A stretch of 64,000 nt of DNA from NCBI GenBank assembly GCA_031425655.1, contig JANPJS010000193.1, forward strand, positions 1-64,000, given 5' to 3'. Shown here one piece after another: positions 1 to 8,032 of this stretch (positions are counted from its first letter, which is position 1; every line of letters begins with the position of its first letter). The notes under the pieces were generated by a model, which was given only the letters and a program-made list of their open reading frames with translations, was not told the origin of the DNA and made no database searches. The translations under genes and the position numbers were made by a program. The DNA is from Abditibacteriaceae bacterium. Lineage in GTDB: Bacteria; Armatimonadota; Abditibacteriia; Abditibacteriales; Abditibacteriaceae.

Positions 1-42
1 GCGCATGAAATCCGCGAAGCGAAGCTCCGCGTCCCATTGAAA
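1..42 (+). repeat. REP/MITE-like end, copy of the element at 50692-50831
   Basis: gcgcatgaaatccgcgaagcgaagctccgcgtcc is near-identical to the reverse complement of 50697-50734, and its 3' part matches 50806-50830. Confidence 0.75.
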
Positions 43-217
43 AGTCTTCGGTGTTTAGATTAACCTGCGTGATGCGCGATTTCTGGCGTTCGTGCCGCTT
101 GGAAGAAAAACTGATTTTGCTGTTGTGCGGCGCGGTTTTAATTTTCTGTGCCGGCAGCGAATGGGGCCGCCGTCAGCGCCCTTTGCCGCCGCTATTTCAC
201 GAGGCGCCGGTTCGGCC

Positions 218-979
218 ATGACACTTTTAAAACGCGAATTGAAAATTATTTTGTGCGCGGTCTGCTGCGTTTTGTCGGCAAGCGGATGGGCGCAAGCGGA
301 AGGCCCGCCTAAGTCAACCGAAGCAGGCGAAGTTGCGCCGCCCAGCGCGCCACCAGCGCCGGAGCGTCTTGTTTGCGATGGCCTGCCTTATGCCGACCGA
401 GGCGTAGCGATGGCGCCGCTGCGCACGGTTTGCGATTTTTTGAAGGCGACGACGACTTACCAGGACGGCCTGCTTTCGCTTGTGAAAACATTCGAGGGCG
501 GCACGGCGCGCACCGTGACGTTACGTCTGGGCGGAAAAAGCGCGCAAGTTTGGGATGGCGCGGCACCGCGCACCGTGGCCTTAGCGCGTCCGGCGGAATC
601 GCGTTTGGGCGTGATATTCGTTCCCGCGAAATTTCTGAGCGAAATTTTAGGCGGACAAGTCGAAGTGGATACTTTAGGTGTGCCGATTCGCGTGCTGAAT
701 GGTGAGCGTCAGGGCGTTTTCGTCGGCAACGAAAAATACGCGGGCGCCGACGCCGCCAAAGTGACGCTGACCAATCGCGTCGGCAAAGCGATGAGCTTGC
801 GCTTGACCGGGCCGCAAAAATTGCGCGTCGAAGTCGGGCAGGGCGGCACGATTTACTTGCAGGTCAAGCCCGGCGTGTATTATTTTCAAGCCAACTCAGC
901 GGGAATGCAAACCATCAACGGCGCGCGGCGCTTTTTAGCGGGCCGCAAAACGACTTGGGCGTGGGGACGGAAGCAATAA
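218..979 (+). CDS. Secreted protein with copper-amine-oxidase N-terminal (stalk)-like domains
   Basis: Signal peptide after ATG 218; MAPLRTV and FVPAKFLSEILGGQV motifs typical of stalk domains. Confidence 0.6.
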   Translation: MTLLKRELKIILCAVCCVLSASGWAQAEGPPKSTEAGEVAPPSAPPAPERLVCDGLPYADRGVAMAPLRTVCDFLKATTTYQDGLLSLVKTFEGGTARTVTLRLGGKSAQVWDGAAPRTVALARPAESRLGVIFVPAKFLSEILGGQVEVDTLGVPIRVLNGERQGVFVGNEKYAGADAAKVTLTNRVGKAMSLRLTGPQKLRVEVGQGGTIYLQVKPGVYYFQANSAGMQTINGARRFLAGRKTTWAWGRKQ

Positions 980-989
980 AAGGAGAATC

Positions 990-1166
990 ATGGCAAAAAT
1001 CGTATCGGTAAAACGGGAAATGGTGCCGACAGCGCAGCAGCGTCAAGACCAAACCGGGCAAGTTCCGGCTTCGGCGCTGGTCTCGTTGACCGGCATCGTG
1101 CTGGTCTCGCTGCTCGTGCTGGGCGCGGTCGCAATCGTCGTAATGGCGTTCAATTACAAACCGTAA
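990..1166 (+). CDS. Small single-pass membrane protein (58 aa), absent from the ORF track
   Basis: AGGAG RBS at 981-985, ATG 990, MAKIVSVKRE...LTGIVLVSLLVLGAVAIVVMAFNYKP*, followed by a terminator. Confidence 0.75.
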   Translation: MAKIVSVKREMVPTAQQRQDQTGQVPASALVSLTGIVLVSLLVLGAVAIVVMAFNYKP

Positions 1167-1179
1167 GTTCGCAAATCGC

Positions 1180-1215
1180 AAAGGGCCGCGCATCGAAATG
1201 ATGCGCGGCCCTTTT
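1180..1215 (+). terminator. Rho-independent terminator (possibly bidirectional)
   Basis: aaagggccgcgcatc-gaaat-gatgcgcggcccttt(t) perfect 15-bp stem between convergent genes. Confidence 0.8.
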
Positions 1216-1256
1216 GTGATTCTGAGAAGCAGTTTGAAAAGTCGAATCAACGCCGA

Positions 1257-1308
1257 AAGTAAGAGTTGAGTCATCCTTCGCAAGCTCAGGATGACTCAAC
1301 TCTTACTT
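1257..1308. repeat. 21-bp perfect inverted repeat (REP-like hairpin)
   Basis: aagtaagagttgagtcatcct-tcgcaagctc-aggatgactcaactcttactt. Confidence 0.75.
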
Positions 1309-1318
1309 AAAACTGATT

Positions 1319-2668
1319 CTAACGCCACAGTCGCGCCGCGAGGTTGGCGGCGTTGGCGCCGGATGGCAGTCCTTCTAAAATCACTACGCGCTTGCCGCGA
1401 CGCTCCATCCACACGTCGCCTTCGCCAATTTTCCAGACGGCGCGTGATGTATTATTGCTGGCCGGGTTGATGCTGTAACGTGTGTTTGTGCGCGCGATGT
1501 AAGCGTCGAAAAACTCTTTAGCGTCGGCTGCGGAGTCCCAGGCGCAAACCTGTGCAAAAAGCGACTGACCTTGCGGGCCGCGATATACCGCGTATTGATC
1601 GCCGGCCCAGCCGGCGGCGGCGTTTGCGACTTGCGTTGGTGAAGCGACGAATTCTTTTAAAATCAGCGCGAGACCGAACTCGCCGTTGACATCGTAATCG
1701 AGGCGCCGCCAGCCTTTGCCCAGCGACGGCGAAAGATCGGGCGTGCGAAGTTTTAGCGGCGCTTCACGGGCCAGATATTTTTCGGGATGGAGAATCTGCT
1801 CGCTCGACTGCGGGAATCGCTTGAATGCCCCGGACACTGCCGCCCAGCCCCCGTGCGAATACAGTGCGCGGGCGAAGTTCATGCCTTGCACATAGGGAAA
1901 AGTGAGGCCTTCTTTCAATGCGTTGGGGCCGGAAGTCAGGATGGGCGAGCTATTGGCCGGTGAAAGCGACGAGGCCAAAAGGCCCAAAGCGCGCAGCGGA
2001 TTATTCACGGCGTAGCGCGCCATCGTGAAAGTCGCATCGCCTTCGACTAAGGCCGAAATCGCCATTTTCGCGTCGGAATCGTGCTTGGGCCATTTTTCCA
2101 GGCGCGTCAAATCGAAATGCTGGTCTTGCAGCGCGTGCGTGAGTTCGTGCGCCATGATCGTTTCCAATTGTAGGCGATTAACGTGTTCGGTTGTGTAGAA
2201 TTTTTTGGTTTTGGTGTCGTAATAACCGGCCAGTTGCTCGCCGAGCATGGACACGTAATACGATTTTAAATCGAAATTCGCGGGCGCCAAACCGAGCTTT
2301 TTAAGCAATAATTCGGTTCCGACCACTTCGTCCGCATTCGCCGATTTTGCGATTTGCTCGCGCACCATTTTCTCCACGCCTGCCGCGCTCTGAATGCCAG
2401 CGGGCACCTGACGCAAAACCTTCAATCCTCGCACCTGACTGGTTTCCTTCAGCACCGCGCGCACCATCGAGGCCGCATAATCGGCGGTTGTTTTTTGCGG
2501 CGGAGCTTTCGGAGGAGCTTTGGGAATCGGCGGTTTGGCGACGGTCGCATCAGGAACCGAAACGGGCGGCGAATCCGGCGTAATAATGACGACTTGCGAA
2601 GAATCTTGCGCTTGCGCCGCGATGGTCAAGACCGGCGTAATTGCGAGCAGCAGGGTAATGATTTTCAT
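1319..2668 (-). CDS. Secreted putative zinc metallopeptidase (HExxH)
   Basis: Signal peptide MKIITLLLAI at 2668 overlapping the upstream stop (ATGA); AHELTHALQDQHF and ALVEGDA motifs. Confidence 0.75.
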   Translation of the reverse strand: MKIITLLLAITPVLTIAAQAQDSSQVVIITPDSPPVSVPDATVAKPPIPKAPPKAPPQKTTADYAASMVRAVLKETSQVRGLKVLRQVPAGIQSAAGVEKMVREQIAKSANADEVVGTELLLKKLGLAPANFDLKSYYVSMLGEQLAGYYDTKTKKFYTTEHVNRLQLETIMAHELTHALQDQHFDLTRLEKWPKHDSDAKMAISALVEGDATFTMARYAVNNPLRALGLLASSLSPANSSPILTSGPNALKEGLTFPYVQGMNFARALYSHGGWAAVSGAFKRFPQSSEQILHPEKYLAREAPLKLRTPDLSPSLGKGWRRLDYDVNGEFGLALILKEFVASPTQVANAAAGWAGDQYAVYRGPQGQSLFAQVCAWDSAADAKEFFDAYIARTNTRYSINPASNNTSRAVWKIGEGDVWMERRGKRVVILEGLPSGANAANLAARLWR

Positions 2669-3354
2669 TTGAAGGTAATTAAAGCAGGTCGAGTCGGCGC
2701 GATGTTGCGCGCGATGAGTGTGACAAAAGGTTGTGCCGCGCCGCTTGATAAATTCCACTGATAAAGCGTGGTCGCTTCGAGCGGCTGCCAATTTTGGAAC
2801 AAGGCTAAAATCTCGTTCAAAGTCGTGAAATATACGCTTCCCTGCACAGAATTTTGCCCTTCTTCGCGCGCGAAAAGGCTGACGCCGATGACACCGCCCG
2901 GCGCGACGGCATCCTTCAAAGCATTCAGGCATTCGGGAGCATCATTTCCCAGAAACTGGAGCGAATTCGAAGCTAAAACCAGGTCAAATTGTTGATTTAG
3001 CTCCATTTTTCGTAAATCACACTCGCAAATGGTCGCATTTAGGCTCATTGTCTGAAGGATTTTGCGAGCTTTGTCCAAAGCGGCGGGGATGAAGTCGAAA
3101 CCTGTAACTTCGTAACCGCAGGACGCTAAAAACGCCAAATCCTGACCTTCCCCGCATCCGATGTCTAAAGCGGTGCCGCGCGCCGCAAACGCGCGATGAT
3201 AACGCACGGCGCGTCGGGCCAGCGGCCCCGGTTCGTGTCCGTAAAAATAATCTTCGCCCGCAAAAAGGCGCTGCCAGCGTTGATGCTCGAAATCCGGCGC
3301 GCTGCTTAATGAGGCATCGCTTTCCACAAAGGTCGGGCAGGGAAGGTTTTTCAT
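2665..3354 (-). CDS. Class I SAM-dependent methyltransferase (TehB-like)
   Basis: ALDIGCGEGQD motif I; start trimmed to ATG 3354, just downstream of the upstream gene's stop. Confidence 0.8.
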   Translation of the reverse strand: MKNLPCPTFVESDASLSSAPDFEHQRWQRLFAGEDYFYGHEPGPLARRAVRYHRAFAARGTALDIGCGEGQDLAFLASCGYEVTGFDFIPAALDKARKILQTMSLNATICECDLRKMELNQQFDLVLASNSLQFLGNDAPECLNALKDAVAPGGVIGVSLFAREEGQNSVQGSVYFTTLNEILALFQNWQPLEATTLYQWNLSSGAAQPFVTLIARNIAPTRPALITFK

Positions 3355-3355
3355 A

Positions 3356-4744
3356 TTAATTGGTGGGCGGCAAAACGGCGAATTCCCAGTCGGGCGTGTC
3401 GGTTGCCTCAAAAGGGCCGTGGTCGAATTCAAGGCGGGCACGGATTAAATCGGGCGCATCGAGAGGAACACGCCAAACCGCACCGAATTTCGCCTGACCT
3501 TCGGGCATCAGCCGGACGCGGGCCAAAGGACGGCCTTCTGTGTCGAAAAGCCGCAGTTGCGGCTCCTGATTCGTCCCGGTCAACGGCGCGAGGCGCAGCA
3601 GAGTATCCCCGCCCGCTGTGCCGACAGCCAAAGAAAAGCGCAAGCCGTCGTCCTGGCGATCTACGTTGAGAACCGGCGATAAGTCCGCGCGCAACTTAAG
3701 CTGGGCCGACTGGGCGCCGATTTCGATTTGCGGCGGCGTGGCGTTTCCGGCTTTCATCTCCCAATCGCGCCCGTCCGGGGCGGTTTGTCGCGCGATCCAC
3801 AGCAAAAGCGAATATTTGCGGGCGGGCAACTCGACCGAACCGTTTCGGATGGGCGCGACTAATAATCCGTGCGGCGAAACAAGATGGATTTCGCGCACCG
3901 AACTATCGCAATTGAAAACGCCGGTTTCACCGACAACGCGCTGCAAATTCAGGCGCGCTGCGCCCGCCGCGATGGTGACGGCGCACAGTTGATCGCCGGC
4001 AAAAACAAAGCGACCGGCGCGCAGCACTTCGCGGCTGCCGAAGAATTGCCCGTCGCCGTTCCAATCGAAGAACATCAAATCACCGGCGCCTTGCTGTCTC
4101 ACTTGAAACGGATCGTCGAAGCGTCCATTACTATCGTCGTCCTGCACGCCGACGGGAACGCTGCGCCCGTTCCACTTCAGCACGCCTCTGGCCCAACCCA
4201 CGCTGCGCAGCGTGCCTTTCCAACTCGTTTCCACGCCGTTCGTCGTCCAGTGTGTGACGCTTTCCAAACCGAGTCGCAGGCCGTATTTTGCATTCGGCGC
4301 GCCGGGCACCGCGATGAAAATCGGCTCAGAACTCAGATTTGGGCCGTCTGGGTTTGAACGAGAGGCTGTTAGCGTGGTCGTAACATCGCCGTCATCGAAA
4401 TTGCGGTTGCCGTTGGTATCCGCTACGACACGATCCGGCACAGCGCCGCTTCCGAAGAAAGCGATGTTCAACTCGCGGCCCGCGATTTTCGGCATCCCGA
4501 ACAAGTAGTTTTTTGCTGTTTTTTGCGCTTTGAAAACCACTCCCTTTGGCGCCACAGTCGAAAGGGAAAACGAATTGGGCCGGCCTACGACGGTTTTTAC
4601 GGCGCCACGGCTCACGGTGTGATGCAAAGCAGCATCTGTCGCCTGCGATACAGACGCGCACGCCAGGAGCGCCGATAATGTCAAGCCAGCGGCGGACGGA
4701 AAATGCGCGCGTCCGAGGATAAGAAAAGCACGAAGATCGTTCAT
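3356..4744 (-). CDS. Secreted hypothetical protein with DxNGNxxFDD (Ca-binding-like) motifs
   Basis: 462-aa ORF, signal-like N-terminus, DTNGNRNFDD / DDDSNGRFDD / DWNGDGQF. Confidence 0.6.
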   Translation of the reverse strand: MNDLRAFLILGRAHFPSAAGLTLSALLACASVSQATDAALHHTVSRGAVKTVVGRPNSFSLSTVAPKGVVFKAQKTAKNYLFGMPKIAGRELNIAFFGSGAVPDRVVADTNGNRNFDDGDVTTTLTASRSNPDGPNLSSEPIFIAVPGAPNAKYGLRLGLESVTHWTTNGVETSWKGTLRSVGWARGVLKWNGRSVPVGVQDDDSNGRFDDPFQVRQQGAGDLMFFDWNGDGQFFGSREVLRAGRFVFAGDQLCAVTIAAGAARLNLQRVVGETGVFNCDSSVREIHLVSPHGLLVAPIRNGSVELPARKYSLLLWIARQTAPDGRDWEMKAGNATPPQIEIGAQSAQLKLRADLSPVLNVDRQDDGLRFSLAVGTAGGDTLLRLAPLTGTNQEPQLRLFDTEGRPLARVRLMPEGQAKFGAVWRVPLDAPDLIRARLEFDHGPFEATDTPDWEFAVLPPTN

Positions 4745-4821
4745 GGTTTAAACTGGGTCAATCTCCGGCAACCGGGATGACAATCGCGGCGCCGGGTAAG
4801 TTGAATTTAACCTGTTTCATC

Positions 4822-4851
4822 TTGACAACACAGGGTTTTTTCTCTTAGAAT
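4822..4851 (+). promoter_or_regulatory. Sigma70-type promoter
   Basis: TTGACA-N18-TAGAAT upstream of the 4979-10447 operon. Confidence 0.6.
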
Positions 4852-4978
4852 AGGGTCACCTTATATCGTAATTCTGCAAGGGGACACGGGAATGTTTGGT
4901 CGTTCGTTTCAAACTGCATCTACCGTGTTTATGCCCTTTGTGTTCGACATCCCCGCCGTTCCTTCCGACTTAAGAATT

Positions 4979-7024
4979 ATGCACAAAAAAACTCGTCGTC
5001 AAGCGTCCAATTTTGCGGTTCCGCGCCGCGCCGGTGGCTTTCGCGCCTTCGGTTTCCTGTTCGCATTGCTTTGCGCCGCGTGGCTGACCATTTTGCCCAC
5101 GCAAGCGCAAGTGCAAGTGCAAACCGTGGTCGTTCTCGATTTCTCGGTCGCGCCGGGCATTGATCCGATTCTCGGACGCAAAGCGGCGGATGCGCTGGCC
5201 GTGGAATTACAGCGTTCCGGCGATTACGAAGTCGTGGCCCGGCAGCGCGTGGAACAGGCCATTGCCGAGCAGCCCGGATTGGCGCCGCCTTACAACGAAT
5301 CTACGCAAGCGCGTCTGGCGCAGGCCGTGACGGCGCGCGGCGTGTTTTCCGGACAAGTGCTGGCTGCGCAGATCAACGCAGGTCGCTCGGCGCGTGTCAC
5401 GCTCGAAGCGCGTTTGCTGGACGGCGCGACTCAGGATTACGTCAACGGCACCTCGGTTTCCGAATCCACCGAAGATCAATTAACCCAACTGACAACGGAA
5501 GTCTTGATTGATCAGGCGCTGAACAAAGCCGCAGTCACTGCGGTGCGCCGTATCAAGCAACAGCCGATTCCGTCGGGCACGGTTCTCAATACGACGGTCA
5601 GTGATGCCGAATTGAACGTCGGCGCTCGTGTTGGCGCTTCGGTCGGCCAGCGCTACGCCGTGCTGCGCGATGTTTACAATAAAAGCAAAGACCGCGTCGA
5701 GCGCATTAAAATCGGCGAGGTCGTCATTTCCAGTGTGGAAATGGATCAATCCGTCGCCCGCATTTTAGGCGATAACGTCAGCGGCGTCAAAACCGGCGAC
5801 AAAATCCGCTTGATTTTCGCACCGACGACCTATGCGGTGAGTCCAACGGGTGTTGTTTCGACCGCGACGGTAGGAAGCGGCAAGCGCGGCAGAAGCAACG
5901 CAGGCGGACTTATCGGCGGCATCGGAGCGCTGGCGATTTTAGCCGCAGTATTTGGTCTCGGCGGCGGCGGGAGTAACGGAACTATTTCGCCCGGCAATGT
6001 TACGGCCCGCACTTCTCCGGCTGGAACACCGGCCATCACGGTCAATTTCTCCGACGGAGTGCCGCGCTTGACTGTGCCCCGCGAGTGCATTGTAGGCTTT
6101 TTGATCTATCGCGGCGAAACTCCAGAGTTTGCTGCCGGGCCGGGTTCGTTGATTGCATACCAACCAGGTGCCAGCACATCTTATCAAGACTCCTCGCAGT
6201 TTTTCACGCAGAACACCATAAATGTTGCGTCTGCCGCCGGCGGCAACACCACTGATCCATGTCCGGCACCGGCCCGAAATGACGATGCCACAATTCCTTC
6301 GGTCAATCTCAACTCTACCTTCACTTCCAACAACACCACAGTGACGGCAGTATTCAATGCAGAGCCGCTCCTTCCGGGAGCGCAGTATTTTTATCGTGTG
6401 CGCCGCCTAACGACAGAACGGCGCTCGCCAACTCCAACCACTGTAGCCTATGACCTTGTCATTTCAGGAGAATCGGCGGTCGGTGGAGGCGCAACGGCGC
6501 TTATCAAGCCTGAGGTAGTGCGCACGTCGGGAACCTTCGACACCAACTTCTCCGTAACGATCAACGGTTTAGATTTCGTGGCTAACCCGCCGCCGATTCC
6601 TGTTGGACAACCTGCATTCTCTCAGGGGCTGGCCTTTAGCGACACCAATATTCGCTTTCTGATTCGCATCAGCAACGATCCGAACTTCGCCACCTTTTTC
6701 GAGGTGCCGCAACCGAACAAAGCCCCCGAAGCACTGACTGGTGAAATCACCTTTAACTTAGGTCCTGTGCAAGCGACGGGCGTTGATCCTCTCGAACCTG
6801 TTTTCATCCGCGTGGCGGTGACGAACCCATCTGATCAGTTTCCGGTTACTGTTGTCGGCGACCGCGCTGATGTGACTTTCGGCTCGGCTTTGCTGGGAAC
6901 CCGTTCCAACGCCAGCAGCAAACGGCGCGTCGGCGGCGCCGGAGTGCCCGGTTCGCCGGGTAACCGTGGAATTAACGCGCGTGGCGGCAGCCGCCGCACC
7001 CCGGCCTCCATCGTCCGGCATTGA
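4979..7024 (+). CDS. CsgG/FlgT-like secreted protein with C-terminal fibronectin-III-like region
   Basis: VVVLDF...ADALAVEL..SGDYEVVAR (CsgG-like); LNVGARVGASVGQ (FlgT_C-like); FLIYRG and YFYRVR FN3 motifs; start uncertain (4892-4979). Confidence 0.55.
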   Translation: MHKKTRRQASNFAVPRRAGGFRAFGFLFALLCAAWLTILPTQAQVQVQTVVVLDFSVAPGIDPILGRKAADALAVELQRSGDYEVVARQRVEQAIAEQPGLAPPYNESTQARLAQAVTARGVFSGQVLAAQINAGRSARVTLEARLLDGATQDYVNGTSVSESTEDQLTQLTTEVLIDQALNKAAVTAVRRIKQQPIPSGTVLNTTVSDAELNVGARVGASVGQRYAVLRDVYNKSKDRVERIKIGEVVISSVEMDQSVARILGDNVSGVKTGDKIRLIFAPTTYAVSPTGVVSTATVGSGKRGRSNAGGLIGGIGALAILAAVFGLGGGGSNGTISPGNVTARTSPAGTPAITVNFSDGVPRLTVPRECIVGFLIYRGETPEFAAGPGSLIAYQPGASTSYQDSSQFFTQNTINVASAAGGNTTDPCPAPARNDDATIPSVNLNSTFTSNNTTVTAVFNAEPLLPGAQYFYRVRRLTTERRSPTPTTVAYDLVISGESAVGGGATALIKPEVVRTSGTFDTNFSVTINGLDFVANPPPIPVGQPAFSQGLAFSDTNIRFLIRISNDPNFATFFEVPQPNKAPEALTGEITFNLGPVQATGVDPLEPVFIRVAVTNPSDQFPVTVVGDRADVTFGSALLGTRSNASSKRRVGGAGVPGSPGNRGINARGGSRRTPASIVRH

Positions 7025-7095
7025 TGCGGGCACGCTTAAAGCGACTCGGAGACCCGCGCGATGCGATTCCCAGTGGCGAATCAAGGTTGAAACCA

Positions 7096-7971
7096 ATGAA
7101 ATTCATCATCCCAAGAAAACAACCCGCGCACGGTAGCACGCGAGTGTCCTGTGCATTGATTTTGTTGTCCGCCTTATGCGCCGCGTTTCCCGTTATACAG
7201 TCGAAGCCGGCACAGGCGAAGCCCGCAGTGTCTACGTCCGAAGTTTGGCCGGGGCGCCGTGTGGTCTTGTTGTTGCCGCTGAAACTCAGCGATAACTGGA
7301 ACGCGGATGCGGTGTGGGGACAGCGTTTACTGCGTCCTTCCGAGCATCTTTTGCGTCGCGCGCTGGAAGACACCGGGAAATTTTCCGTGGTTCAAACTTA
7401 CCAGTTCGACCCGGTTTTGCAGCGCGCCTTGCAAGATAAGCTCATCGAAAAAGCACAACTGGATGCGATGGTCGAAGCCCCGACGATACAGTCGGCCAGT
7501 AACATTCTCGACAAATTAGGTTTTCCCCTCAAGCCGCTGATCGTCGAGTTTCATCTGGAAGAAGTTCGCTCCGGCGGCGATGTCAAAGCGCCTTCCGTCC
7601 AGGTTCAGGTGCTTGGCAAGCTTTACGAATTAAATTCCGAGGGCGCCGCGCAAACAAAAGAATTTACCTCCGACCCGATTAAGAAGCGTGGATCGCAATT
7701 CGATCAAGTGCTGGAGGCCGCAGATAATGCTTTTCGCATGGTAGCGAATGATTTTGTGCGCCCACCGGCGGATATTGCCCTGCCCCGTATCGAACCCGCC
7801 AAGACTGAGCCAAAACCCACCGGCAAGAAGCCTGTGAAACCCGTCAAACCCAGTCCTGTTGCGCCCTCGGCAGCTCCGCCCATTGCTCCTAACGCGGCGA
7901 CGACTCCACCCCCGACCGTAATTGGCCCTCCGCTAACCGCGCCGATTGACCCGGCTTTTGCCAACTCGTAA
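7096..7971 (+). CDS. Secreted protein, CsgG/TolB-N-like, with Pro-rich tail
   Basis: Signal peptide; LRRALEDTGKFSVV; start uncertain. Confidence 0.5.
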   Translation: MKFIIPRKQPAHGSTRVSCALILLSALCAAFPVIQSKPAQAKPAVSTSEVWPGRRVVLLLPLKLSDNWNADAVWGQRLLRPSEHLLRRALEDTGKFSVVQTYQFDPVLQRALQDKLIEKAQLDAMVEAPTIQSASNILDKLGFPLKPLIVEFHLEEVRSGGDVKAPSVQVQVLGKLYELNSEGAAQTKEFTSDPIKKRGSQFDQVLEAADNAFRMVANDFVRPPADIALPRIEPAKTEPKPTGKKPVKPVKPSPVAPSAAPPIAPNAATTPPPTVIGPPLTAPIDPAFANS

Positions 7972-8032
7972 GGCGTAAGTCGCCGGCAGAATTGCTTAGC
8001 CTTCGGCGCAGGCCCGACTTTCGTGCGCTTCT

